From the NCBI GenBank assembly GCA_043228905.1, contig JBHGNT010000008.1, forward strand, positions 14,074,001 through 14,138,000: a stretch of DNA of 64,000 nt, in the 5' to 3' direction. Below, piece after piece: positions 1 through 12,487 of this stretch. The position numbers were made by a program, and so were the translations under genes. This DNA is from Azolla caroliniana. Lineage: Eukaryota; Plantae; Polypodiophyta. Below the pieces are notes generated by a model. The model had not been told where the DNA came from. It saw nothing but the letters and a program-made list of their open reading frames with translations, and searched no databases. Each line of letters begins with the position of its first letter. The stretch's first letter is position 1.

Positions 1-59
1 AATACAAAGAGGCGCAATAGTATGTCACCATCATCTCTCTCGAACAGGAAACCATTTTT

Positions 60-82
60 GAGAGAGAGAGAGAGAGAGAGAG
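60..82. repeat. (GA)n microsatellite
   Basis: Perfect GA run. Confidence 0.9.
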
Positions 83-279
83 GTTTGTTTACCTTGACAA
101 AATCGTATTTGGAGGATGTATGTCTAGAGTGAGGTGGATGAGATGTTTCCTCATCTCTCGTCTTCGTCGTCTCCGCGACTAGCTTCAGATTGTGATGATG
201 CTTCTCTTGTTCGGTGAGGGTCAGGTGACCTAAGCTCTCCATATCCCACAAGTCTCCACAACAGACATGAACGACAGAT

Positions 280-319
280 GAAGACGAAGACGAAGACGAA
301 GACGAAGACGAAGACGAAG
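280..319. repeat. (GAAGAC)n hexamer microsatellite
   Basis: About 6.5 tandem GAAGAC units; this explains the KT- and FV-repeat ORFs at 151-508. Confidence 0.9.
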
Positions 320-1658
320 AATGGAGAGAAGGGGGGAGAGGAGGCCAAAGGCAATAATGAATGCTCATCCATTCATTCTTATTCATTTATGGAGGTGTCC
401 GGGGGCTCCAATGTGAAAGGTGTGAACTGCCTTACCATGTGTGGAAGCACGTGGTGTAGAAGAGGATGTCATCTACATATATATTTGGAAGATGCCTGCT
501 TGGATTAAATCGGAGAAGCTGGAGTTGGCCATTTGATAGGCCGAATGGAAATCCACCAAAACTGGATTAATCCTCGGTGATTGTGGAAGGCCATTTTATG
601 TGCACCTTTCAAACCCAACAGTATCTGCCAATATCTGAAATCTAGGCCACGGGACATGAAGTATTGTGACTTGCCTGGTTTTTCTGGCATGTCATCGACT
701 CAAGGGGCGCGGATACAGGTCATGTGTCGTCGCCTTATTTAAACGACGAAACTCGATGCAAATTTTGAATGTACCCTTGTCCATTCTAACTATGTGCGGT
801 TCAGAAATCCAATCATTGTTGGAGGGTTTGGCGATGCCTTTGTCCAACATTTCTTTAACTACCTTGTCGATTTGAATGCAATGGAGGTGGGATTAGTAGT
901 GAGTTGGCCATGCAGAATAGAGATGTATCACCAGGGTTGATGTTGTCTTGGATGGGGAACGTGATTGTGGATGTTTTATCCATGGGCTGAAATAACAGAT
1001 TGGAATTGGGAGAACAATGAACGAATAACATGGAGGTATGTTTGCTTGCTAATGACAACCACTTGTGTGTGACTAATCTATTGTGGAGTTGTGCAATTGA
1101 TGAGTAGTGGAATAAGTAATGTCATAGGGAGGATGAGTTTATTGGAATCAAACTGAAGTTATGCACGACTGTATATGAACCTATCACAACCAAATGTAAG
1201 AAGAATAACTAGTTGGAGAGGAAATAGAATGAGAAGGAGACCTTGTGTGTGCCTAATGAAAAATTGCAGGGAGCCTTGGTGTGGGAGTGATATAAACAAC
1301 GATGGTTTCTGAACACGATTCTAATCAATAGGTTGAAAAGTTGCAAGCCCTTTGAATGTTGATTTTGGAGAAGATCCTCCTAGTCCGAAGTTGATTGAGA
1401 AGTTCTTGAATAAAATCATAAGGTATATCGATTACAGATGGTTAGACAGTTTAGATTGCCATAATCTACACACATTCACAATGATTCATCTTTCTTCTTA
1501 ACAAAAAGGATGTGGCCCCATAGGAGACTGTGAATGGTAGATGAAACCTTTTTCAAGATTCTCATTGATGTAATCGTAAAGGACCTTACCCTCAGGTTTA
1601 GATAACTCATGGATTAGAACAAAAGGAGGAGAAGCACCATCTTGAAGATCAATCATAT

Positions 1659-2066
1659 TGTTGAGAATCAAGCTCAACTTGGTCTAGTGTGTGAACTTAC
1701 CTTGAGAGTGAATAGACACTCCAACGGTCAAGAGTCACCATTAAGTCACCACTTTGTATTCTAACATTTAGTATGAGTCATAGAATCATATTCTATGACA
1801 CATAACTTATGAGCTTTCACATTCCCCATGCTCCATGAGTCTTGTAGTTAATGAAGAGAGAGGGTGACTATATAAAGCACCCTCCTCCCTCTTTGTAAAG
1901 TGTTGAGTTTTTCTCCTTTGTTAATATACTCTTACCTTGCGTATTCTCTGTGTCTTATTCCTTGTCTCACTCACTCACTCACTCACTCTCTCTCTCTCTC
2001 TCACTCATACACACACATAACTCATATCTCTTCCGCTTCACAAGAATCCATATCCGATTCTTTACA
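1659..2066 (+). repeat. 5' LTR of copia 1659-7203
   Basis: tgttgagaat...tttaca; TATA-like tatataaag near 1869. Confidence 0.95.
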
Positions 2067-2078
2067 TGGTATCAGAGC
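2067..2078 (+). promoter_or_regulatory. Primer-binding site (tRNA-iMet)
   Basis: TGGTATCAGAGC directly after the LTR. Confidence 0.93.
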
Positions 2079-2225
2079 GATTTGGTAGCTCGATCTAGCC
2101 CATTCGCCTCATCGTGATCGTGTGTTGTGCTCCACGCCGACGACCAAGAACCAGCTCATCGCTATCGTAGCTTCGCTACATAGCTCGCATTTGAAGAGAG
2201 AAGAAGAAGAAGAAGAATCAACATA

Positions 2226-5200
2226 ATGAATACTCAAATGGGGAGCGCTCTCCCTACCGAGAAGTTGGATCGAAACAACTTCGCATCTTGGGAGTACAAG
2301 ATGCACCAATACCTTGTCGGACAAGGCTATTGGAGCTACATCAAAGGAGCACATGAAGACCGACCCCCCGAAGTGGCTCCCGGATACGCGACATGGGAGC
2401 AAGCCGCAAGCCGCGTGATGTATTGCTTGGCGACATGTGTTCACGATCACATGCTCCGCTACATTCGCGAAGCCAAGACGCTGAAGGAGGCATGGGAAAA
2501 TCTACGAAAGATTTTCGCGGCGAACACGACCGTGAGGAAGTTTCAACTCCGCCAAGAGTTGAACAACATTTAATAAAGGGATATGTCCATCACGACATAC
2601 ACCTTGAAGATCAAGGAGCTTTGCGACTCGCTCGGCTCAATAAGCGTAAGTATAGATGATGATGAGATGGTGCAAATATGCCTCGGCGGCCTCGCACCAC
2701 GGTTCGGCGCGATGCGAACTGCGGTTCTAGCATGGGAGAAATCTCCCTCCTTCTTCGAGCTCCAATCAATGCTATTGGTCGAAGAAAACCACGTGCGTAC
2801 AAGGAGCAATGAGTTGGAAGGCCACATGCTCTACACGCACTCGAATGGAGGAAGAGGATGCAGACGGTCGAGAGGCCGATTCGGCCAAGGACAAAGTGGA
2901 CAAGGTCCGACCTATGATAACAACTCCCGATTTCGACCACAAAACGGAAGCCAACTAGGAACCTTCGCAAGAAGGGGGAGCTTCCACTCCGGCCCGAGCC
3001 GTCAAAACGCAACCGAATGTGAATATTACAGAAAGCTCAGCCACCACGAAGAAGAGTGCTGAAAGAAGATGCGTGAATCGGCTTCCACAAGCCGACAACT
3101 CACGAATTACGCGCACAATTCTGACTACAAAGAGTATAGCGGAATGTACGGGCACAACTCCGACTACGAGGATCGTTGCGGAATGTACGCATACAACTCC
3201 GACCGTGGCGGAATGTTCATGATGAAACATAGAGCAAACTCTATGTCGGCCTCTACCTCAACTAGTGCCCTCAATCCGGAGGACGTATGGTTTGTTGACT
3301 CCGGAGCCTCAAACCATATGACATCCCATAAAGAATGGTTTCTCGAACTTCGAGAGTCGGAGCGACCCAGTTATGTCGAAACAGGAGATGACACTACGCA
3401 CCCGATTCGGCACATTGGCAATGTTCCGTTCGGCGAAAGAGGTAAGCAAACATACATTAAAAATGTCTTGCATGTTCCCACCATCACGAGAAATTTGGTC
3501 TCGGTCGGCCAAATGGTTGAGCAAGGGATGCAAGTATGATTCGACCAAGAAGGATGCTTCATCGAAAAAGAAGGCCGAATCATCGCACGCGTAAGAAGAG
3601 AGGGCCGGATGTTCATTCTCAATTCACACAAGATGAAATCCGCCATGTTCATGAAAAGCACGAAAGCCGACTCCGACATAGAGCTATGGCATAAGCGAAT
3701 CGGCCACATCAATCTCAACAAACTCAAAGCAATGAAATCGAAAGGAGTCGTTATCGGACTCTCGACATTCAAAGAGAAGGAGATTGAAGGTGTATGCGAA
3801 GCGTGCCAATTTGGCAAGCAACACCGACACCCATTCCCGAAAGAGCGGAATGTGAGCAAAGGTCTACTCGATGTAGTCCATTCCGACGTATGGGGACCGA
3901 CGCAGACGGCTACATTCGACGGATGCCGATATTACGTGCTCTTCATCGACGACTTCTCTAGTCACACTTGGATCTACCCGATGCGGCAAAAGAGCGAAGT
4001 GTTCGGACACTTCCAAAAATTCAAGAATGAAGTCGAGAAAGCCACGCGCCGACATGTACGATGCCTTTGATCAGATGGCGGCAAGGAGTACTTCTCAGAT
4101 GATTTCACGACGTATCTTCGAAAGGAAGAAATTCGGCGAGAATTCACTTGCCGACACACTCTGCAACAAAACGGCGTAGTCGAGCAAAAAAATTGGCACA
4201 TCCTCGAAGTAGCACGGGCCATGATGAACGAGAAACATATGCCCAAGTCTTATTGGGCCGAAGCTGCAAATACGACCGTCTACCTAATGAACCGGTGCAC
4301 AACATTCGGCGTGCACGAGGTCACTCCGCACAAAAAATACTTCGGAAAGAAGCCGGACTTATCGCACATCCGGATATTCGGCGCGAGAGCGTACGTTCAC
4401 ATTCCCGATGAGAAGCGTCAAAAGCTTGACCCGAAGTCGGAGAAATGTATCCTCGTAGGATACTCACTGGAGCAAAAGGGGTACAAGTGCTACAACCCCT
4501 CAACTCGAAAATCTCGAGTAAGTCGAGACTTCGTTTTTGACGAGTCCGCATCCTGGTACGCACCAGAGACAACTCCGACTCCGACTCCGCTTGACCCGGA
4601 ATTCGCCGAACAAGAGATAGAGGATGAAGATTGCCTTACGCGCATGTTCGAAGAAAGTCTGATCATGACCCGACTGAGCGGACCACAAGAGCCTTTGAGT
4701 GATCAAAGCACATCATGGCCTAGCCCGAAGATGGACAAAGGCAAGGCGAAAATGGCGGAATACGAAGACGATCGCTTCGAGGACGATGAATCGACTCACT
4801 CACTCGACAGTGCGTTCAACGGCTTCGACGTACCACTCGGAGCTAAGAAAGCCCTCATCTCTGCAAATGAAAAGCTCCACCGCTCCACCCGTGAAAAGAA
4901 TCTGGTTAGCCGATTCGGCTACAATGACTACATGGCATATCATTATGCCTTTATGATGAAGGTGGCGACAATACGCGAGCCGAAAACATTCTCCGAAGCA
5001 GCCAAGGATATGCGATGGATCGAAGCCATGAACAAGGAGATGCAGGCACTACGCAAGAATGAGACGCGGGATCTCGTTCCCATCTCACCAAGCAAAAAGG
5101 CGATCGGATGCAGATGGATTTACAAAGTGAAGTACAACGCCGACGGCTCCGTCAACCGCTACAAAGCGCGACTCGTAGCGAAAGGCTACGCCCAAACGCA

Positions 5201-6542
5201 CGGAGTTGACTACGAGGAGACCTTTGCCCCGGTGGCAAAGATGACAATGATGCGGACTGTAATTGCGCTTGCCGCGGCAAAAGGGTGGCACCTCCATCAA
5301 ATGGATGTCAAGAACGCCTTTCTACAAGGTGAATTAGAAGAGGTGTACATGATACAACCACCCGGCTTCAACTCGAGCACCCATCCGAAAGTTGTATGCC
5401 GACTCAAGAAGCCACTCTACGGCCTCAAGCAAGCACCGCGTGCTTGGCATTCGAAGATAACGCAATATCTTCATCAAATCGGCTTCCGTATGTCAAAATC
5501 GGACAACTCCCTCTACACACGAAGCGATTTCGCAAGTCCGATCGTCATCATCTTATATGTGGATGACCTAGTCATTAGAGGTGAGCATCTCGTCGAAATC
5601 AATAAGGTCAAATACCTCCTTTCCAACAAATTCGAGATGAAGGAAATGAAGGAGCTCCACTACTTCCTCGGCATCGAGGTAATTCGGACTCCGGCTTGAA
5701 TCATGATCTCTCAACGACACTACATCCTCAACTTATTATACAAGTTCAGGATGGCTTAGTGCAAATCCGCGGCAACCCCGCTCAATCGCAACCTCAAACT
5801 AGATGTGAAATCCGGAACCAAAGCGTGTGAGCCGACTCAGTATCGGCAACTCATCGGGAGTCTCATCTACCTCATGATCACACGGCCCGATCTCAGTTAT
5901 CCGGTCGGTCTCCTTAGCCAATTCATGCAAACACCGCGTGATACTCACTTGGATTGCGCTAAGCGAGTTCTACGATACGTGAGTGGTACAATGGATTGCG
6001 GCATCCTCTACAAGACCGCGATGCCAATACGACTCGAGGGGTACATAGACGCCGATTGGGCCGACTACAAAGCAGATAGAAGATCAACCTCCGGATTTGT
6101 TTTCTCCCTCGGCAGCGGAGCAATATCCTGGAGTAGCAAGATGTAGCCTACCATCGCTCTTTCGAGTATGGAGGCGGAGTATAGGGGTGCAGCCGTAGCT
6201 GCGTGTGAAGCCGTATGGCTCAAGAGGACTTTGAAGGATCTAGGCATACCCATCAAGGATCCGACTTCTCTTTACTGCGACAACATGAGCAGTATCTATC
6301 TGGCTCGGAACCCGGTGTTCCATGCGCAGACAAAGCACATTGAAGTGCACTATCACTTCATCCGAGAGCGCGTTCTAGCTGGCGATGTCGACCTACAACA
6401 TATTAGCACCAATCTTCAAATGACTGACATCTTCACTAAAGCTTTAGGAGCCGACAAGTTGTGGCAATTCATGACCAATCTCAGATTGACGATCCCTGAC
6501 CTGCCAAGCTTGAGGGGGAGTACTGAACAAATTACGCAATAA
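2226..6542 (+). pseudogene. copia gag-pol with multiple in-frame stops
   Basis: Gag (NFASW), protease WFVDSGASNHM, GAG-pre-integrase WHKRIGH, integrase HSDVWGP/FIDD, RT KARLVAKG/QMDVKNAFL/LYVDD, RNase H DADWA/TKHIEVHYHF. Stops at 2571, 3060, 3537, 4068, 5697 and 6144, among others. Confidence 0.93.
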
Positions 6543-6793
6543 CGCTTGAATTCCGCAAGCCGTGCACACTACGCAAGAACGCATGGATTACGCAACCACG
6601 CAACAAAGCCGCGAAGAGCCAATCTATCGCGCAAAGCCGTGAAGAAAGACGCAAGCCGAAGCACAGACTTCGCAACTACGCACAACGCAAGCTGGAGCAC
6701 GGATTCCGCAACTCCGCATAAAGCGAGTCGACGCGAGTCAAAACAGATTTCGAATACCGTCTGAAACCGACCTGACTTGAGCTTGAGGGGGCG

Positions 6794-7203
6794 TGTTGAG
6801 AATCAAGCTCAACTTGGTCTAGTGTGTGAACTTACCTTGAGAGTGAATAGACACTCCAACGGTCAATAGTCACCATTAAGTCACCACTTTGTATTCTAGC
6901 ATTTAGTATGAGTCATAGAATCATATTCTATGACACATAACTTATGAGCTTTCACATTCCCCATGCTCCATGAGTCTTGTAGTTAATGAAGAGAGAGGGT
7001 GACTATATAAAGCACCCTCCTCCCTCTTTGTAAAGTGTTGAGTTTTTCTCCTTTGTTAATATACTCTTACCTTGCGTATTCTCTGTGTCTTATTCCTTGT
7101 CTCACTCACTCACTCACTCACTCACTCTCTCTCTCTCTCTCTCATACACACACATAACTCATATCTCTTCCACTTCACAAGAATCCATATCCGATTTTTT
7201 ACA
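6794..7203 (+). repeat. 3' LTR of copia 1659-7203
   Basis: Direct repeat of 1659-2066. Confidence 0.95.
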
Positions 7204-8544
7204 CATACAATATGTCGAATATGGGTACATAATGGATGTATTCACATTGTCCCATTTGGATAGACTAGGTATAGGCCATATTTATAAATATTGGGAAGGG
7301 CAGTTGCCCTAGGTCAATTAGTATTTAAATTGACCTTGTAACCTAGTTGTTGTGGTTGTTACCATTTTTTTAATAATACACTTTGTGCGTTTGTGCCTCC
7401 TTGCCTCTCTCTTGCAAATGTTCTAGACATTAATAATCTACCTCCCCTTAGGTACAACCACGCGATTGATAACACTTTAATCTCTCATGAGGACCGTAAT
7501 AAAATAATACGCCAAGAAGTATGGCAAATTTACACTCGGTACAAATGGATCACCCCATTAGAGCCACTCCCGTCTAAAATGTTGTACTATAAGTATCAGG
7601 CACTTCTCTAAGTTAGGTTTTATCAAATATGTTACATCAGAAACCCCTTTTCATTGGTTTCATCTAGCCTATTCTATCTACTATAAACAATACACCACCA
7701 CATAAACAATGCATTTTGTCCAAGTCCACTATGACAAGAAGGCTATATATAATGAGAGAAACAACAATACCACCACCATAACACGTTTTGCACAACTATT
7801 AGAACTCTTTTAGCTTAAGTTCTATTTTTGTTTGAATTTGTATTTCGATGATTGAGTAGACACCCTATTTTATTGTACACCAATTGTCTCATGGGCCAAA
7901 TTTTGGCCTTAGAAGATGTTAATATTTCTTTCTTTCTTTCTTTTTCTTTCACTCTTTGTTGTTGATCCTAATTCAAGATTGAGTTGTCTTGTTCTTCTTT
8001 GTATTGAATTTGTTCATATTCTACTATCATCAATGTTACTCCTTGGGGCAGGACTAGCCCTAACACAGGGTGTCCCTCTAGGACACACTTCACCAAAGGG
8101 TGGTGCAAGTGGGGTAGGTGTAGACCGTGATACAAACATATTCCTAACCGGCTATTAGCTGGCGTGGTTAATGATCTCAATACACGTTGTCGTGAAGATT
8201 TTCGGCAATAGTGTGAAAATCCCATAAAACGTACGAAATCGAGTATGAATCACATAATACAATAATTGTGAAGATAACATTTTAAATAAATTTAATATCT
8301 AAGTACAAAATGATGGAGGTTTCGAATGCACTTTATTACATGAGAAACGGACAACTAAATGTCAAGATATGAGGGTATAAAGTTTGTGAAAGGAAAAGAG
8401 AAAATTGTGAGATATCCCACATAGGCACGACAAATATGGCTCTCATCATATATAAGGTAGAGCAAAAGATATTATCTTTGTGTCTATTGTGTGGAGCATA
8501 GAGAATTCAAGGTAACTTGAACTAAGAGTGGAGGTGGGCTAGCT

Positions 8545-9050
8545 ACTTGTAAAGGGTTTTGGCCAACCAACTCGTAAAGGGTTTTGGCCAACCAAAACCG
8601 GACCGGCGATGGAGCCAGTGATCCGACGGCAATCTGGCGGCAATCCAGTGACGGTATCCGGCGACGGCGAGGCGATGGCATCCGGCGAGACACCGGTAAT
8701 CGATGGCATCGGGCATCGGGCGTCGGTGGGCATTTGGCGAGACACCGGTAATCGATGGCATCGGGCATCGGGCGTCGGTGGGCATTTGGCGAGGCACCGG
8801 TAACCGACGGCATCCGAGTTGGTTGGCCAACCAAAACCGGACCGGCGATGGAGCCAGTGATCCGACGGCAATCTGGCGGCAATCCGGTGACGGTATCCGG
8901 CGACGGCGAGGCGATGGCATCCGGCGAGACACCGGTAATCGATGGCATCGGGCATCGGGCGTCGGTGGGCATTTGGCGAGGCACCGGTAACCGACGGCAT
9001 CCGACGGCGGCACCGGTATCCGACGGCATCCGGCGAGGCACCAGTAACCG
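8545..9050. repeat. GC-rich nested tandem repeat expanded in the truncated 5' LTR
   Basis: Reiterated ggcgagacaccggtaatcgatggcatcgggcatcgggcgtcggtgggcattt units plus a ~240-bp duplication (8584/8823). Confidence 0.88.
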
Positions 9051-9114
9051 GTTTAGGTTGTAGAAAGATGAATCAAAAGATAAGGAAGGTTGTAGAAAGT
9101 TTGGTGCGGATCAT

Positions 9115-11351
9115 ATGAAAGATTGCGAGAAGGTGCTTCAAAGGCTCGAAGATGCGAATTTGACATTTTCGGGAGAAAAATCCGCATTCGGGCAACCAGA
9201 GATCTTGGTGGTAGGTCACTTATGTGGAGCATACGGCCGGAAGCCCTCGCCATCCAAAGTGAACGCAATCCAAGACATGGAAGAAGAATGCGAAAACCAA
9301 ACGGAGGTTCGAAGGTTCCTTGGAGCGTGCGCGTTTTATCATATATGGATTCCTCACTACGCTCATGTCGTCGAACCGTTATATGGACTACTAAAGAAAA
9401 GAATAAAGTTCGAATGGCGAGACGAGCACACAAATGCGATGCGAAGATTAAAGAAACTGCTTCTTGAAGCTCTGACACTAAGGAAGGCCGAGTATGCCGA
9501 AGGGAAACCAATTTACGTGACCGTAGATACGAGCCCAACCGGAATCGGGTGGGTCATCAATCAAGAAGGTGAAGATAATGCGCGATATGCCGTCCGGTTC
9601 GGAGCAAAGGTTCTCAGCGAACGGCAACAAAGATATGCCCAAGTCAAGCGGGAACTTTGGGGTATTGTGTTGGCAGTGAAGACGGACAAAGATTACCTGA
9701 TTGGGTCAGAAGTGATAATAGAGACAGATTTTCTCCCAATTCTCGGAATGGTCTCCGGATGTGCGACCCCATATCTTGCTATGCTAAGGTGGATCACCTA
9801 CATCAAGTCTTTAAACCCAGAGATCCGTCACATTGCAGGGAAGAAGAACGCCATGGTTGACATGTTGTCGAGGGCAAGATTTTCAAATGGAAGTAACATG
9901 GTTTCAGAAGATGAAGATGTCGCCCTCGACTTCTTCAAGATGGCTCGATTGTCGGCGGAAGACCAGGACACGCAAACCCTCCACACCTTCAACAAGAACG
10001 AGTACGAAGGAGGTGGTTACTCATCAGTAGATTCCTAAGAACATTGACGACAGATGCTTCGTTGACAAAGGAGGAGGCCCTACGAATCCGAAAGAAAGCT
10101 TACCGATACTTCTTGAAGGGAGGATTCCTTTGGCGACATCCAAAAAGAAGGATAGGAATACCACGTCGAGTGGTGGTAAAGAAAGAAGAGCAAGAGACGC
10201 TGATGACCGAATTCCACGAGAGTGCTTGGGCAGGTCATAGAGGAACATGGGCGACGTTCGAAAAGTTGAAGGAGAAGTACTGGTGGCCAAGCATGTACAA
10301 AGATGTACTCCATTTCGTGTCCACATGCGAAACTTGCCAAATATATTCAAATATACGTCATCGTGATGAGTTACAGCCGACATACCCACTCACCATACAC
10401 TTCAAATGGATGGTGGATCTGGTCTCGATGCCAATGGGAGTGGGACAAATGAAGTACTTAGCGTTGGCAAGGGAATACTTGACAAATCAAGTGGAAGGAT
10501 GAGCCTTGAAAAATAAGACGACTTCAGCCGTTTGCAAATTTTTGCTTGAAGAGGTTGTTTGCCGATATGGATGTGTAGGGAAGATAGTGGCTGACCGAGG
10601 GGAGTTGGACGCGCACAAAGTGATGGAGCTCTTCGAAAGACTAGGCGTGAAGCTCTCCCTCACGACTGCCTACAATCCGGAAGTGAATGGGAAGATCGAG
10701 CGAGGGCATGGACCTATCGTTAAAGCCATCGTACGGGCATGCAACGGTCGAGTCGGGAATTGGCCACGACTATTACCCTATGCCTTGTGGGCCGATAGAA
10801 CGACACATAACTCGGTGACAAGGTATATGCCGACGGAGCTTATGTATGGACAAAAGCCGATTATGCCCATCGAAAGGACGATTGCCTCATGGGTAGCGAT
10901 ACCGTGGGAGAACGAGATGAGCCGAGAAGAGTTATTAGCGGCGCAGATAAGGCAACTTGAAAGAAGACCTGAAGATTTACAAAAAGCGCGAAAGATGATG
11001 GAGGCAACCCGAGTAAAGAACAAAGTTCGGTTCGACAACACACATCGACTTCGTCCCAAGAAGATTGAAGAAGGGGATTGGGTTTTGGTTTACGACAACA
11101 CCCTTGACAATCAACACAGTACAACAAGGAAGTTCACAAGAAGATGGTTCGGGCCATATGTGGTGACAAGTGCCAACGATAATGCCACATACCACCTTGC
11201 GGAACTAGACGGATCAAGGTTGGTCGTACCCATTGCGGGAAAAAGAGTAAAGATTTTCAAGAAAAGACAAGACAAGGATCCTGACCTCGATCACCTCGAC
11301 GATGAACATAATAGGGCGGATGTAAATGAAGACATGGAGGAATCTAATTGA
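9115..11351 (+). pseudogene. gypsy pol remnant: end of RT, RNase H, integrase
   Basis: VRRFLG, VDTSPTGIG, HESAWAGHRG..CETCQ zinc finger, ADRGE, GKIERGH, WFGPY. Frameshift near 10020-10044 and a stop at 10500. Confidence 0.9.
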
Positions 11352-11423
11352 TCACCGTAGCCGAAATCTCACTTTCTCTCTTCTTGTCACGTACCGGAGA
11401 ACGTGCGGTTTGGTGGGGGTGGA

Positions 11424-12487
11424 TGTCGTGAAGATTTTCGGCAATAGTGTGAAAATCCCATAAAACGTACGAAATCGAGTATGAATCACATAATACAATA
11501 ATTGTGAAGATAACATTTTAAATAAATTTAATATCTAAGTACAAAATGATGGAGGTTTCGAATGCACTTTATTACACGAGAAACGGACAACTAAATGTCA
11601 AGATATGAGGGTATAAAGTTTGTGAAAGGAAAAGAGAAAATTGTGAGATATCCCACATAGGCACGACAAATACGGCTCTCATCATATATAAGGTAGAGCA
11701 AAAGATATTATCTTTGTGTCTATGTGTGGAGCATAGAGAGTTCAAGGTAACTTGAACTAAGAGTGGAGGTGGGCTAGCTACTCGTAAAGGGTTTTGGCCA
11801 ACCAAAACCGGACCGGCGATGGAGCCGATGATCCAGCGCCAGTGAGACACCAGTATCTGGCGGCAATCCGGTGACGGTATCCGGCGAGGCACCGGTAACC
11901 GACGGACGGCATCCGACGAACCGGCGTCCGGTGATTAGATAAATAAATATATAAATATATAAATATATATACATATATACATATATACATATATACATAT
12001 ACAAGGAGGGCAAGTAAGGATTTGAACCTTGCACCTTCGAGTTAGGAGTCAACTGGCTTACCATTAAGCCATGCCATTTAGTTGAATTTATATTTGTACA
12101 TGGTTATCAGGCACCACATGTAATACATAAGCGCCAAATGGCAAACATGCATTTTATGCATGTCTTGTACCCTCACATGCATCATATGCATGAGAGCATC
12201 TATAAAAGGAGGGGGGAGGAGAAAAAACACGTTTATTTTGGGTTATGAAATTAAGAAGAAGAAATTCGTTATCAAATTGATCGTGTAACTTGTTTCTTAA
12301 ATCCAAAGATAAAAGTTCAATCAATCTCTCTCAATTGTTTGATCTCAACTTCTCTCTTTCCCAATCTATCTTAAGTACTTTCTCGCTAAAGCTTGCGCCA
12401 AAGCTTGTACCGACTTTGAACCCTTCCGGTCCAGAACCTTGGCGGTTCCGCCTCACGATCCGTGCGTAGTGACGGATCTTCACGACA
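11424..12487 (+). repeat. 3' LTR (1064 bp) of gypsy 8188-12487
   Basis: TG...CA with 12-bp terminal inverted repeat; TATA-like tataaaag near 12201. Confidence 0.88.
12008..12075 (-). ncRNA. tRNA-like (Pol III A/B-box) sequence inside the LTR; probably not a functional tRNA
   Basis: Minus strand reads ggcatggcttaatggtaagccagttgactcctaactcgaaggtgcaaggttcaaatccttacttgccc. D-arm tggctta/taagcca, A box TGGCTTAATGG, B box GGTTCAAATCC; acceptor stem weak. Confidence 0.6.

Larger units (their letters stand above)
1659..7203 (+). mobile_element. Ty1/copia LTR retrotransposon, full length, degenerate
   Basis: Near-identical TG...CA LTRs at 1659-2066 and 6794-7203, PBS tggtatcagagc, PPT ttgagggggcg, TSD CATAT/CATAC (one mismatch), and gag-PR-INT-RT-RH order. 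Confidence 0.96.
8188..12487 (+). mobile_element. Ty3/gypsy LTR retrotransposon with a large internal deletion (U5, PBS, gag, PR and most of RT lost)
   Basis: 8188-~8600 repeats 11424-~11830. Termini tgtcgtgaagat...atcttcacgaca; PPT tggtgggggtgga before 11424; flanked by ACACGT on both sides. Confidence 0.9.

Noticed and set aside
151-508. KT-repeat and FV-repeat ORFs
   Set aside because: Translation artefacts of the GAAGAC microsatellite.
400-1658. Possible LINE endonuclease remnant on the minus strand
   Set aside because: Only faint motif traces and no interpretable ORF; too decayed to call by eye.
8484-9063. Six overlapping Pro/Arg/Gly-rich ORFs
   Set aside because: They arise from a GC-rich, stop-poor LTR tandem repeat.
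12008-12075. Functional tRNA gene
   Set aside because: The acceptor and anticodon stems are imperfect and there is no clear oligo-T terminator; kept only as tRNA-like.
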